DNA of 42,085 bases from Comamonadaceae bacterium. GTDB lineage: Bacteria > Pseudomonadota > Gammaproteobacteria > Burkholderiales > Burkholderiaceae_C. Position numbers and translations under genes: made by a program. Location: contig CANFJA010000001.1 of assembly GCA_947447235.1 (NCBI GenBank), positions 1-42,085 on the forward strand, given 5' to 3'. Below the pieces are notes generated by a model. The model ran no database searches, was not told the DNA's origin, and saw nothing but the letters and a program-made list of their open reading frames with translations. Shown here in pieces: positions 1-9,548 of this stretch (position 1 is its first letter; the number at the start of each line of letters is the position of its first letter).

Positions 1-153
1 CCAGAAGGCAAAGAGATGGTGATGCCGGGTGACAACGTGTCGATCACGGTGAAGTTGATCCACCCGATTGCGATGGAAGAAGGTCTGCGCTTTGCGATCC
101 GCGAAGGTGGCAAGACGGTCGGCGCCGGTGTGGTTGCCAAGATCATTGCTTGA
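1..153 (+). CDS. tuf: Elongation factor Tu, 3' fragment (truncated by window start)
   Basis: Frame 1 translates [50 protein letters not shown]-stop, the EF-Tu C-terminus; directly precedes rpsJ. Confidence 0.98.
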   Translation, partial: PEGKEMVMPGDNVSITVKLIHPIAMEEGLRFAIREGGKTVGAGVVAKIIA

Positions 154-166
154 GTGAGGAATATCC

Positions 167-481
167 ATGTCCTCTAAGCAAAAAATCCGTATTCGCCTCA
201 AGGCATTTGACTACAAGCTGATCGACCAATCGGCGGCTGAAATCGTTGACACAGCCAAGCGCACTGGTGCGATTGTCAAGGGCCCCGTGCCCTTGCCAAC
301 ACGCATGAAGCGTTTTGACATTTTGCGTTCACCGCACGTCAACAAAACCAGCCGTGACCAGCTCGAGATTCGCACCCACCAGCGTTTGATGGACATCGTG
401 GACCCCACGGACAAAACCGTGGATGCCTTGATGAAACTCGATCTGCCAGCAGGTGTGGACGTCGAAATCAAGTTGCAGTGA
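167..481 (+). CDS. rpsJ: 30S ribosomal protein S10
   Basis: [25 protein letters not shown]; SD GAGGA upstream. Confidence 0.99.
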   Translation: MSSKQKIRIRLKAFDYKLIDQSAAEIVDTAKRTGAIVKGPVPLPTRMKRFDILRSPHVNKTSRDQLEIRTHQRLMDIVDPTDKTVDALMKLDLPAGVDVEIKLQ

Positions 482-489
482 TGCAACTT

Positions 490-514
490 TGAGGCGGGCC
501 TAAAGCCTGTCTCA
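490..514 (+). other. Stem-loop after rpsJ without U-tract
   Basis: TGAGGCGGGC-CTAAA-GCCTGTCTCA pairs 10 bp including two G-U. Confidence 0.55.
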
Positions 515-534
515 GCAGTCGCGCACAAGGGTAG

Positions 535-564
535 TTGCTCTTGGCGCGATTTTCGCGATACAAT
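535..564 (+). promoter_or_regulatory. Candidate sigma70 promoter for rplC-rpsQ
   Basis: TTGCTC (535-540)-N18-TACAAT (559-564) followed by a GC-rich discriminator CGCGGGC. Confidence 0.65.
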
Positions 565-570
565 CGCGGG

Positions 571-660
571 CTCTGCACAATTTGTGTGGGGATTTATCAA
601 CCGTCTTTCACATTCAAACGTGGCTGCCAATTGAAGTGGCCGCGGTGAGAGTTTTGGAGA
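571..660 (+). promoter_or_regulatory. Candidate structured 5' leader of rplC
   Basis: Hairpin 571-591; nested stem 605-611/645-651, 7-nt bulge, stem 619-627/636-644 with loop CAATTGAA, next to SD GGAGA (656-660). Confidence 0.5.
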
Positions 661-665
661 AAACA

Positions 666-1331
666 ATGAGTCAAAGCATCCGTTTAGGGTTGCTGGGCCG
701 CAAGGTGGGCATGATGCGTCTGTTCACCGATGATGGGGACGCAGTTCCTGTCACGGTGTTGGATGTCTCCAACAACCGCGTGACCCAGGTGAAAACCCAA
801 GAAAACGACGGCTATGTGGCCTTGCAGGTCACATTCGGTTCGCGCAAAGCATCGCGCGTGACCAAGCCTATGGCTGGCCACCTTGCGAAAGCAGGCGTTG
901 AAGCCGGCGAAATCATCCAAGAATTCCAAGTGACTGCCGACACGGCGGCCAAGTACGCCATGGGCGCGACTGTGCCTGTGTCGGACGTGTTTGCTGTGGG
1001 TCAAAAGGTGGACGTGCAAGGCACGACCATTGGTAAGGGCTTTGCAGGAACGATCAAGCGCCACCACTTCAAGTCACAACGCGCATCGCACGGTAACAGC
1101 CGTTCGCACAATGTGCCGGGCTCGATTGGTATGGCCCAAGACCCAGGCCGCGTGTTCCCTGGTAAGCGCATGTCGGGCCACTTGGGCGTCGACATCGTGA
1201 CCACCCAAAACCTCGACGTGATTCGCATCGACGAAGCGCGCCAACTGCTGTTGATCCGCGGCGCTGTCCCCGGTTCTGCGGGTGGCTTCGTGACGGTGCG
1301 GCCCGCCATCAAAGCCAAAGGAGCGAACTGA
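666..1331 (+). CDS. rplC: 50S ribosomal protein L3
   Basis: [29 protein letters not shown]; start moved to ATG 666 behind SD GGAGA. Confidence 0.98.
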   Translation: MSQSIRLGLLGRKVGMMRLFTDDGDAVPVTVLDVSNNRVTQVKTQENDGYVALQVTFGSRKASRVTKPMAGHLAKAGVEAGEIIQEFQVTADTAAKYAMGATVPVSDVFAVGQKVDVQGTTIGKGFAGTIKRHHFKSQRASHGNSRSHNVPGSIGMAQDPGRVFPGKRMSGHLGVDIVTTQNLDVIRIDEARQLLLIRGAVPGSAGGFVTVRPAIKAKGAN

Positions 1332-1951
1332 TGCAGCTCGAACTCCTGAACGACCAAGGTTTGGCCGCTTCCAAAGTGGATGCGCCTGAAACTGTGTTCG
1401 GTCGTGAATACAACGAAGATCTGGTTCACCAGATCGTGGTGGCTTACCAAGCCAATGCGCGTCAAGGCACCCGTGCCCAAAAAGACCGCGAGCAGGTCAA
1501 GCACTCCACCAAAAAGCCATTCAAGCAAAAGGGAACAGGCCGCGCGCGTGCCGGTATGACCTCTTCGCCCATCTGGCGTGGCGGTGGTCGTGCGTTCCCG
1601 AACAGCCCTGAAGAAAACTTCACCCAGAAGATCAACAAGAAGATGTACCGTGCTGGTATGGCTTCGATCTTCTCGCAGTTGGCCCGCGAAGGCCGTTTGG
1701 CTGTGGTGGACTCACTCACTGTGGATTCGCCTAAAACCAAGTTGTTGGCTGCGAAATTCAAAGCCATGAACTTGCAGTCGGTGTTGGTGATTTCGGACGA
1801 AATCGACGACAACCTGTACTTGGCATCGCGCAACCTGCCCAATGTGTTGGTGGTCGAGCCCCGATACGCAGACCCTCTGTCGTTGGTGCATTACAAAAAG
1901 GTGCTCGTGACCAAGGCTGCCATCGACAAACTCAAGGAGATGTTCGCATGA
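1331..1951 (+). CDS. rplD: 50S ribosomal protein L4
   Basis: [23 protein letters not shown]. Confidence 0.99.
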   Translation: MQLELLNDQGLAASKVDAPETVFGREYNEDLVHQIVVAYQANARQGTRAQKDREQVKHSTKKPFKQKGTGRARAGMTSSPIWRGGGRAFPNSPEENFTQKINKKMYRAGMASIFSQLAREGRLAVVDSLTVDSPKTKLLAAKFKAMNLQSVLVISDEIDDNLYLASRNLPNVLVVEPRYADPLSLVHYKKVLVTKAAIDKLKEMFA

Positions 1952-2274
1952 GCCACGGACACAACAAAACCAAGTTTGACGAAGGTCGCTTGATGCAAGT
2001 GCTGGTCGCGCCCATCGTGTCTGAAAAAGCCACCATGGTTGCCGAAAAAAGCAATGCCGTGACGTTCAAAGTGCTGCAAGACGCCAGCAAGCCCGAGATC
2101 AAAGCAGCTGTTGAGCTGATGTTCAAGGTCGAAGTGCAAGGCGTTTCTGTGGTCAACACCAAAGGCAAAACCAAGCGGTTTGGCAAGTCTATCGGTCGTC
2201 GCGACAACGTGCGCAAGGCCTATGTCACGCTCAAAGCCGGTCAAGAACTCAACATCTCTGGGGAGGCCGCTTAA
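1948..2274 (+). CDS. rplW: 50S ribosomal protein L23
   Basis: [24 protein letters not shown]; operon position. Confidence 0.98.
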   Translation: MSHGHNKTKFDEGRLMQVLVAPIVSEKATMVAEKSNAVTFKVLQDASKPEIKAAVELMFKVEVQGVSVVNTKGKTKRFGKSIGRRDNVRKAYVTLKAGQELNISGEAA

Positions 2275-2276
2275 TC

Positions 2277-3101
2277 ATGGCAGTCATCAAGATGAAACCT
2301 ACTTCACCCGGCCAACGTGGCGTGGTGAAGGTCACCCGTGACCACCTGCACAAAGGTGAGCCTTACGCTCCGTTGCTGGAACCCCAGCACCAAAAATCGG
2401 GTCGTAACAACAACGGTCACATCACGACACGTCACAAGGGCGGTGGTCACAAGCACCACTACCGCGTGGTAGATTTTTGCCGCACCAAAGACGGCATTCC
2501 AGCGAAAGTGGAACGTATCGAGTACGACCCCAACCGCACGGCGCACATCGCTTTGGTGTGTTATGCCGATGGTGAGCGTCGCTACATCATTGCGCCACGT
2601 GGCTTGGAAGTGGGCGCAACGTTGATGAGCGGTTCGGAAGCCCCGATCCGTGCAGGCAACACCTTGCCTATCCGCAACATCCCTGTGGGTTCAACCATTC
2701 ACTGCATCGAATTGCAAGTCGGCAAAGGCGCTCAAATCGCTCGCTCGGCAGGCACTTCGGCCACGTTGTTGGCGCGTGAAGGCACTTACGCTCAAGTGCG
2801 TATGCGCTCTGGTGAAGTCCGCAAAATACACATCGAATGCCGCGCCACCATTGGTGAAGTTGCAAACGAAGAACACAGCCTTCGCCAATTGGGTAAAGCC
2901 GGTGTCAAGCGCTGGATGGGCATTCGCCCAACCGTGCGAGGCGTCGCCATGAACCCGGTCGACCACCCGCACGGTGGTGGTGAAGGTCGCACCGGCGAAG
3001 GCCGTCATGCGGTCGATCCGTGGGGTAACCTGACCAAAGGTTACCGTACCCGTAACAACAAACGCACACAAGTCATGATTGTGTCGCGTCGTAAAAAGTA
3101 A
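2277..3101 (+). CDS. rplB: 50S ribosomal protein L2
   Basis: [26 protein letters not shown]. Confidence 0.99.
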   Translation: MAVIKMKPTSPGQRGVVKVTRDHLHKGEPYAPLLEPQHQKSGRNNNGHITTRHKGGGHKHHYRVVDFCRTKDGIPAKVERIEYDPNRTAHIALVCYADGERRYIIAPRGLEVGATLMSGSEAPIRAGNTLPIRNIPVGSTIHCIELQVGKGAQIARSAGTSATLLAREGTYAQVRMRSGEVRKIHIECRATIGEVANEEHSLRQLGKAGVKRWMGIRPTVRGVAMNPVDHPHGGGEGRTGEGRHAVDPWGNLTKGYRTRNNKRTQVMIVSRRKK

Positions 3102-3111
3102 GGGGTAACAA

Positions 3112-3390
3112 ATGACTCGCTCTCTCAAAAAGGGTCCGTTTGTTGACCATCACTTGGTGGCCAAGGTCGACAAAGCCATTGCCAACAAAGACAAAAAACC
3201 AGTGAAAACTTGGTCGCGTCGTTCTATGGTCTTGCCCGACTTCATCGGCCTGACCATTGCTGTGCACAACGGCAAACAACACGTCCCTGTTTACATCACC
3301 GACCAGATGGTGGGCCACAAGCTGGGCGAATTCGCCCTGACGCGCACCTTCAAAGGTCACCCCGCGGACAAAAAAGTCCAGAAGAAATAA
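3112..3390 (+). CDS. rpsS: 30S ribosomal protein S19
   Basis: [23 protein letters not shown]. Confidence 0.99.
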   Translation: MTRSLKKGPFVDHHLVAKVDKAIANKDKKPVKTWSRRSMVLPDFIGLTIAVHNGKQHVPVYITDQMVGHKLGEFALTRTFKGHPADKKVQKK

Positions 3391-3399
3391 GGAAAGACC

Positions 3400-3729
3400 A
3401 TGGAAACACGTGCAGTCCTTAGGGGCGTCCGTCTGTCGGTCGACAAAGGCCGTCTGGTTGCCGACATGATTCGCGGCAAAAAAGTTGATCAGGCTCTGAA
3501 CATCCTGACGTTCACGCAGAAAAAAGCTGCAGGCATCGTCAAGAAGGTTTTGGAATCTGCGATCGCCAATGCTGAACACAACGATGGTGCAGACATCGAC
3601 GAATTGAAGGTGAAAACCATCTACGTCGAACAAGGTGCCACGCTCAAGCGCTTCACCGCCCGCGCCAAAGGCCGCGGCAACCGTATCAGCAAGCCCACGT
3701 GCCATGTGTACGTGACGGTTGGCAACTGA
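3400..3729 (+). CDS. rplV: 50S ribosomal protein L22
   Basis: [17 protein letters not shown]. Confidence 0.99.
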   Translation: METRAVLRGVRLSVDKGRLVADMIRGKKVDQALNILTFTQKKAAGIVKKVLESAIANAEHNDGADIDELKVKTIYVEQGATLKRFTARAKGRGNRISKPTCHVYVTVGN

Positions 3730-3744
3730 AAGGTATAGAAAGAC

Positions 3745-4632
3745 ATGGGACAGAAAATCCACCCCACAGGCTTTCGCCTTGCTGTGAGCCGCAACTGGGC
3801 AAGCCGCTGGTATGCCAACAACCGTGACTTCGCTGGCATGCTGGCTGAAGACATCAAAGTGCGTGAGTACCTCAAAGCGAAGTTGAAAAACGCCGCTGTG
3901 TCTCGCGTGCTGATCGAGCGTCCTGCCAAGAACGCACGCATCACCATTTTCTCGGCACGTCCGGGCGTGGTGATCGGCAAAAAGGGCGAAGACATTGAGA
4001 ACTTGAAGAAAGAACTCGCCATTCGCTTGGGCGTGCCGGTTGCAGTCAACATCGAAGAAGTGCGCAAGCCTGAAATCGATGCACAACTGATTGCTGACAG
4101 CATCACCCAGCAGCTCGAAAAGCGCATCATGTTCCGTCGCGCCATGAAGCGCGCCATGCAAAACGCCATGCGTCTAGGTGCTCAAGGCATCAAGATCATG
4201 TCGGCAGGTCGTTTGAACGGCATCGAGATCGCACGTACCGAGTGGTACCGTGAAGGTCGCGTGCCACTTCACACCCTGCGTGCAGACATCGATTACGCAA
4301 CTTCTGAAGCTAAAACCACCTACGGCATCATTGGTGTCAAGGTGTGGGTTTACAAGGGCGATACCCTGGGTCGTAATGACCTGCCGGCCGCCGTGGAACC
4401 CCGTGCTGAAGAAGAGCGTCGTCCTCGCGGTCCTCGCCGTGATGCTCGCCCCACAGGCGATCGTCCAGCACGCAGCGGCGCGCGTCGTCCTGCAGGGACC
4501 AATGCCGCACCAACGGATGGCAGCGATAAACCCGCTGAAGCCGCCGGTGCCCCTACAACTGCCGTCAAGCGCGTCCGCAAGGTTGCCGCGCCCGCATCCA
4601 CTGGCACGGCTGCGGACGGAACAGGAGAATAA
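3745..4632 (+). CDS. rpsC: 30S ribosomal protein S3 with long low-complexity C-terminal tail
   Basis: [25 protein letters not shown]. Confidence 0.99.
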   Translation: MGQKIHPTGFRLAVSRNWASRWYANNRDFAGMLAEDIKVREYLKAKLKNAAVSRVLIERPAKNARITIFSARPGVVIGKKGEDIENLKKELAIRLGVPVAVNIEEVRKPEIDAQLIADSITQQLEKRIMFRRAMKRAMQNAMRLGAQGIKIMSAGRLNGIEIARTEWYREGRVPLHTLRADIDYATSEAKTTYGIIGVKVWVYKGDTLGRNDLPAAVEPRAEEERRPRGPRRDARPTGDRPARSGARRPAGTNAAPTDGSDKPAEAAGAPTTAVKRVRKVAAPASTGTAADGTGE

Positions 4633-4634
4633 GC

Positions 4635-5051
4635 ATGCTGCAACCAGCACGCCGTAAATACCGCAAAGAACAAAAAGGCCGCAACACCGGCATCGCTACC
4701 CGTGGCAACACAGTAGCGTTTGGTGATTTCGGTCTGAAGTCCACCGATCGCGGCCGCTTGACGGCCCGCCAGATCGAGTCCGCACGTCGTGCGATCTCAC
4801 GTCACGTCAAACGTGGCGGTCGCATCTGGATCCGTGTGTTCCCTGACAAACCGATCTCCCAAAAGCCTGCCGAAGTGCGTATGGGTAACGGCAAAGGTAA
4901 CCCCGAGTACTACGTGGCAGAAATCCAACCCGGCAAGGTGCTCTACGAGATCGTAGGCGTACCTGAAGAGTTGGCCCGCGAAGCCTTCCGTTTGGCCGCT
5001 GCAAAGTTGCCCTTGCGTACCACGTTTGTGGCTCGCATGATCGGCCAGTAA
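4635..5051 (+). CDS. rplP: 50S ribosomal protein L16
   Basis: RVFPDKP..RMGNGKG. Confidence 0.99.
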   Translation: MLQPARRKYRKEQKGRNTGIATRGNTVAFGDFGLKSTDRGRLTARQIESARRAISRHVKRGGRIWIRVFPDKPISQKPAEVRMGNGKGNPEYYVAEIQPGKVLYEIVGVPEELAREAFRLAAAKLPLRTTFVARMIGQ

Positions 5052-5069
5052 ATTCAGGAGAAATAAGAA

Positions 5070-5264
5070 ATGAAAGCTGCTGAACTGCGCCAAAAAGACG
5101 TTGCTGGCCTCGAGGCCGAAGTCAAAGAGCTGCAAAAAGCCCATTTCGGCTTGCGCATGCAAAAAGGCACGCAACAACTCAACAACACGTCACAACTGCG
5201 TTCTACACGTCGCAGCATCGCACGTGCCAAAACCATTCTTGCTGAAAAGCAAGCCGCCAAGTAA
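5070..5264 (+). CDS. rpmC: 50S ribosomal protein L29
   Basis: [16 protein letters not shown]; SD AGGAG. Confidence 0.98.
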   Translation: MKAAELRQKDVAGLEAEVKELQKAHFGLRMQKGTQQLNNTSQLRSTRRSIARAKTILAEKQAAK

Positions 5265-5274
5265 AGGAGCCCAC

Positions 5275-5544
5275 ATGACGGAAGCTAAGAAATCCCTCAA
5301 GCGCACCTTGATTGGCAAGGTGGTCAGCGACAAACGTACGAAGACAGTGACTGTGCTGGTCGAGCGCCGCGTCAAGCACGCGCTCTACGGCAAGATCGTT
5401 GCCAAGTCGAGCAAATACCACGCGCACGACGAAACCGGTGAATTCCATCTGGGCGACCTGATCGAAATCACTGAGAGCAAACCCATCTCCAAAACCAAAA
5501 ACTGGGTTGCGACCCGTTTGGTTCAAAAGGCAGCTGCGGTTTAA
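5275..5544 (+). CDS. rpsQ: 30S ribosomal protein S17
   Basis: GKVVSDK..KYHAHDE..PISKTK; ATG 5275 behind SD AGGAG. Confidence 0.98.
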   Translation: MTEAKKSLKRTLIGKVVSDKRTKTVTVLVERRVKHALYGKIVAKSSKYHAHDETGEFHLGDLIEITESKPISKTKNWVATRLVQKAAAV

Positions 5545-5575
5545 GTCTTTAGGGCTTCGGCTCTGCAAGACCCCA

Positions 5576-5611
5576 AAAAGCGACCCACAATGTGGGTCGC
5601 TTTTCTTTTTT
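5576..5611 (+). terminator. Intrinsic terminator of S10 operon
   Basis: AAAAGCGACCCAC-AAT-GTGGGTCGCTTTT followed by CTTTTTT; preceded by a cUUCGg hairpin at ~5546-5570. Confidence 0.85.
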
Positions 5612-5642
5612 ATCTTCACATGTCCATTCACAGGAGTTAGCC

Positions 5643-6149
5643 ATGATCAAAGTCGGAGACACCATTCCACACACCACGCTGATGGAGTATTCAGAAGTTG
5701 AAGGTGAAGGCTGTAGCATTGGCCCCAATGCGGTGGAAGTGGCCAAAGCCACGGCTGGTAAAACCATTGCGCTATTCGCTTTGCCTGGCGCCTTCACGCC
5801 GACATGTTCGGCCAAACATGTGCCCGGTTACGTTGAGAAATTTGCTGAGCTCAAGGCAGCAGGTGTCGATGAAATTTGGTGTGTCAGTGTGAACGACGCA
5901 TTTGTCATGGGGGCATGGGCGCGTGATCAAAAGACCAACGGCAAAGTTCGCATGTTGGCCGATGGCAGTGCAGATTTCACTCAGGCAACAGGTTTGACGC
6001 TGGACTTGGCTGCGCGAGGCATGGGCTTGCGAAGCAACCGTTATTCGATGCTCATCAAAGACGGCAAAGTGGCTGCCTTGAATGTCGAAGATTCTGGAAA
6101 ATTCGAAGTCAGCGATGCGGAGACCATGCTGCGTTTGGCCAAAGCCTGA
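5643..6149 (+). CDS. Peroxiredoxin, Prx5 / type II family
   Basis: PGAFTPTCSAKHVPG peroxidatic motif, SVNDAFVM, RSNRYSM; SD CAGGAG. Confidence 0.95.
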   Translation: MIKVGDTIPHTTLMEYSEVEGEGCSIGPNAVEVAKATAGKTIALFALPGAFTPTCSAKHVPGYVEKFAELKAAGVDEIWCVSVNDAFVMGAWARDQKTNGKVRMLADGSADFTQATGLTLDLAARGMGLRSNRYSMLIKDGKVAALNVEDSGKFEVSDAETMLRLAKA

Positions 6150-6167
6150 GACAAATGCCCAAAGTTG

Positions 6168-6193
6168 AAAACCGCGCTTGGCGCGGTTTTTTT
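6168..6193. terminator. Bidirectional intrinsic terminator
   Basis: AAAACCGCGC-TTG-GCGCGGTTTTTTT between convergent genes. Confidence 0.85.
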
Positions 6194-6210
6194 CGTTATC
6201 GACCAGAAGC

Positions 6211-6891
6211 TCAGCTGCCCAATAAAACCAAGCGATAAACAACAAAAGAACAAGCAATCCAAATGCTCAGAGCAAACAATCGTGAGGTGAAAGTATCGCG
6301 TGAGTGCTGTGTTTGAGCGGGCAACTGCTTGTCGCCATGAAGCATCGGGGAGATCAAGTCGTTGTGTTTGACGATGCGATAGTAAACAACGCTCGACACA
6401 TGCAGCACGATCAACACGATCAGCAGCACCCTGCCAATTTCAGTGTGGTAACGCGTCGCAAGTTCGACCCAACTGGGTGGCGCCCAGGCGGCCCAAGGAC
6501 CCGCCAAAGAGATTTCGTCGTCAGTCAAAAAACCAGAGGCGACTTGCAACAACAGCAAGCACAGCATGGTCAACACTGACAACCCTCCCAGTGGGTTGTG
6601 GCCCACATTGGGATGGTGCTCACCGCGCCGCATGGACCTGACGTAGTGAAAGACTTGCTTAGGAGAGGGAACAAAATTGACAAAGCGAGACCAATGTCCT
6701 CCGAGCAAGCCCCACACGATGCGGAAAAATACCAAGCTCAGCACGGCATACCCAAGCCAATAGTGAAGCGGCATGAGTGCATCGCCCAATTCACCCGTGA
6801 CAAACAGGCCCAAAACGCACAAGCCTAAAACGATGTGGAACACACGCGTGGGTAAGTCCCAAATACGAACAAATTCAGATGGAGAAGTCAT
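6211..6891 (-). CDS. Cytochrome b (b/b6, hydrogenase b-type cytochrome-like) membrane protein
   Basis: VRIWDLPTRVFH..HYWLG..GHNPLG..LHV heme-ligand His pattern with several TM segments; divergent from cytochrome c'. Confidence 0.9.
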   Translation of the reverse strand: MTSPSEFVRIWDLPTRVFHIVLGLCVLGLFVTGELGDALMPLHYWLGYAVLSLVFFRIVWGLLGGHWSRFVNFVPSPKQVFHYVRSMRRGEHHPNVGHNPLGGLSVLTMLCLLLLQVASGFLTDDEISLAGPWAAWAPPSWVELATRYHTEIGRVLLIVLIVLHVSSVVYYRIVKHNDLISPMLHGDKQLPAQTQHSRDTFTSRLFALSIWIACSFVVYRLVLLGS

Positions 6892-6986
6892 GGTGATCAC
6901 ATTTCAAGACGAAAGACACGAAATCGCAAAGTGCGTAAACTCGTGCATTGTTTACTCCACCATTTTGACCTCAAAGGATCTGAGCC

Positions 6987-7439
6987 ATGAATAAATTATG
7001 TCGTGTTGTGTTGTTGGTCAGCGTTGCCGCATGCAGTTTGTCCGCATCGGCACAGTTCGCCAAACCAGAAGACGCCACCAAATACCGCAAGGCTGCTTTG
7101 TCAGTGATGGGCACACACTTTGGCCGTCTAGGCGCCATGGCCCAAGGTAAGGTGCCGTTCGATGCCAAAGCTGCTGCAGACAATGCTGACATCGCGGCCA
7201 GCATGGCCAAGTTGCCTTGGGCTGCTTTTGTAGAAGGCAGTGACACTGGAGAAACCAAGGCCAAGCCTGAAATTTGGAAGCAATCTGCCAAGTTCAAAGA
7301 GGCCGCAGACAAATTGATCGCTGAGTCGACCAAATTGGCGGCTGCGGCCCACTCTGGCAAAGAAGATGCATTCAAAGCCGCCTTCACGGCGACAGCGGGC
7401 ACTTGCAAGTCGTGTCATGACGACTTCAGGGCCAAATAA
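6987..7439 (+). CDS. Cytochrome c' (class II)
   Basis: Signal peptide, QFAKPEDA..YRK, AKPEIW, C-terminal CKSCH. Confidence 0.93.
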   Translation: MNKLCRVVLLVSVAACSLSASAQFAKPEDATKYRKAALSVMGTHFGRLGAMAQGKVPFDAKAAADNADIAASMAKLPWAAFVEGSDTGETKAKPEIWKQSAKFKEAADKLIAESTKLAAAAHSGKEDAFKAAFTATAGTCKSCHDDFRAK

Positions 7440-7457
7440 ATTGCAGCCGAAACTGGG

Positions 7458-8189
7458 CTAAGAGACGCAGTCCAACAGAATCTGCGTCAATTCTTGCGGG
7501 GCACTGACCATGGGGTCGTGCCCCGTTGCCATTTCTAGCGCGCGTGAGCCGGGAAGCCACAGGCCATCCCAAAAAGAAGGATCGGTCACGCGTGGCCAAA
7601 TGGCGTCCATGGTGGCCAGTGTGGGTTTGTTGCAGCGTATGTAAGTGCGCGGCACTGCAGCGACTCTGGCTGCTGAAAAATGCAAGGCATCGCTGTAAGG
7701 ATGTCCTGGGTGAGGGGTTTGCCGACGGCCAACCCATGCGGCATCGTCACCGTTCAAACCAAACAACTCAGGCCCCGGTGCAGGAAAGCTATAGCTTGGG
7801 CTCGACTGCGCTGCGGCCAGTCGACCTTCGCGTATGGCGCGCGTGTGCGTTGCACACCAGGCTTCACCGGGTTTAGGCACCATGGCGTCGACATAGACCA
7901 AATGGTGCAAACGCTCAGGCATCAAGTCGGCAACACCTGTCCCCACCATGCCTGCATAAGAGTGCACAGCCAAAATGACATCTTGGAGCTCTTCCGTCTC
8001 AATGACCGCCACCACATCTTGGATGTGTGTGCTCAGGTGAATATCAGGCGTCAACAAATGTGCACGTTCACCCACGCCGGTCAGCGTGACGGCATGCACC
8101 CGGTGACCTTGGGCGTTGAGAAGGGCGGTCACCCGTCGCCAGCACCAAGCACCGTGCCAAGCACCATGTACCAAAACAAAATTTGCCAT
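7458..8189 (-). CDS. Alpha/beta-fold hydrolase (methylesterase-like)
   Basis: FVLVHGAWHGAWCW, nucleophile elbow VHSYAG, TGHDPM catalytic His. Confidence 0.9.
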   Translation of the reverse strand: MANFVLVHGAWHGAWCWRRVTALLNAQGHRVHAVTLTGVGERAHLLTPDIHLSTHIQDVVAVIETEELQDVILAVHSYAGMVGTGVADLMPERLHHLVYVDAMVPKPGEAWCATHTRAIREGRLAAAQSSPSYSFPAPGPELFGLNGDDAAWVGRRQTPHPGHPYSDALHFSAARVAAVPRTYIRCNKPTLATMDAIWPRVTDPSFWDGLWLPGSRALEMATGHDPMVSAPQELTQILLDCVS

Positions 8190-8200
8190 GGCCTGTTTCC

Positions 8201-9448
8201 TCAGATCACGTGTTTGGCGCGAAGCGCTGCCAAAGCGTTAGCGTCCAAATGCAGTACTTCTTGCAACACCTCATCGGTGTGTTGGCCCAGCAAAGGCGGT
8301 GGCAAATCCTTGCGCACAGGTGTGGCGCTCAACTTGATCGGGCTTGACACCAATTCGACCGGGCCGCTGGCTGGGTGCTCCCATGTAGTCACCATGTCGC
8401 GTGAGCGCACATGCGGGTCAGCGAATACTTCGGCCAAATTGTTGATGGCGCCACAAGGCACTTTGGCAGCTTCTAAGGCGCTCAGCCAATCTGCCTTGCG
8501 GCGTGTCATGAATACTGCCTCCAGTTGAGGCACCAATATGTCACGGTGGCGCACGCGGTCGGCATTTTTTGCAAATCGAGGGTCAGTGGCCAAATCAGGT
8601 TGGCCTGCAACCGCACAAAACTTGGCAAATTGCCCGTCGTTGCCCACGGCCAAAATCAAATGGTCTTTTTGACCGTGCACCGCTGGTGCGACTTCGAACA
8701 CTTGGTAGGGCACGATGTTTTGATGGGCGTTGCCCGAGCGACCAGGAATCTTGCCATCTTGCTGACCAGACACCAGGTAGTTGGCGCCTAAATTGGCCAA
8801 CATGGCCACCTGTGTATCGAGCAAGGCCATGTCAACGTATTGGCCTTGGCCTGTTTTTTCTGCGTGACGCAGTGCAGCCAAAATGCCCACCGTTGCATAC
8901 ATGCCCGTGAACAAGTCGGCCACAGCGACGCCGACTTTTTGCGGTCCGCCACCCAGGTCATCACGTTCGCCCGTGATGCTCATCAGTCCCCCCATGCCTT
9001 GCACGGCATAGTCATAGCCAGCACGTTCACGGTAAGGCCCTGTTTGTCCAAAGCCCGTGACGCTGCAATAGACCAAACGCGGGTGCAGCTTGGACAAGGA
9101 CGCAAAGTCGAGTCCGTAGCGCGCCATGTCACCCACTTTGAAGTTTTCGATGAACACGTCGCAAGACTTCACCAACTCAAGAATCAAGGCTTGGCCTTCA
9201 GGGCTTGCAATGTCGCAGGTCACAGATCGCTTGTTGCGGTTGGTGCCCAAATAGTAGGCCGCATCGCGGGTGTCTTGGCCGGACGGGTCTTTGAGAAAAG
9301 GGGGGCCCCAGCCCCGCGTGTCATCGCCAGCGCCTGGACGCTCGATCTTGATCACGTCAGCGCCTAAGTCGGCGAGCGTTTGGGTACACCAAGGACCTGC
9401 GAGGACACGTGACAGGTCTAGGATGCGAATGCCTTGAAGAGAGTTCAT
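8201..9448 (-). CDS. CaiB/BaiF family III CoA-transferase
   Basis: LQGIRILDLSRVLAGP..LADLGADVIKIE..NRNKRS..AGYD; start trimmed to ATG 9448. Confidence 0.95.
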   Translation of the reverse strand: MNSLQGIRILDLSRVLAGPWCTQTLADLGADVIKIERPGAGDDTRGWGPPFLKDPSGQDTRDAAYYLGTNRNKRSVTCDIASPEGQALILELVKSCDVFIENFKVGDMARYGLDFASLSKLHPRLVYCSVTGFGQTGPYRERAGYDYAVQGMGGLMSITGERDDLGGGPQKVGVAVADLFTGMYATVGILAALRHAEKTGQGQYVDMALLDTQVAMLANLGANYLVSGQQDGKIPGRSGNAHQNIVPYQVFEVAPAVHGQKDHLILAVGNDGQFAKFCAVAGQPDLATDPRFAKNADRVRHRDILVPQLEAVFMTRRKADWLSALEAAKVPCGAINNLAEVFADPHVRSRDMVTTWEHPASGPVELVSSPIKLSATPVRKDLPPPLLGQHTDEVLQEVLHLDANALAALRAKHVI

Positions 9449-9548
9449 GGACAAATTGTCGGGCAATTTGTCTGCCGAGCGACAACTGACACCTTGGTTC
9501 TCATGCTGTGCGCTGACGGCAGTGCTCACGCACCAGATAATGGCAGCC

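Noticed and set aside
100-153. EF-Tu GGKTVGAG instead of the common GGRTVGAG
   Set aside because: Single conservative substitution; no basis for a functional claim
582-665. N-terminal extensions in the ORF track (rplC, also rpsQ, CaiB, ybeD, atpE, cytochrome c5, MerR, rsmI)
   Set aside because: Longest-ORF artefacts; family N-termini and SD or -10 signals point to downstream ATGs
6935-6955. GTAAAC-N9-GTTTAC dyad between cytochrome b and cytochrome c'
   Set aside because: Only 6-bp arms and no match to a motif I can name; may be chance
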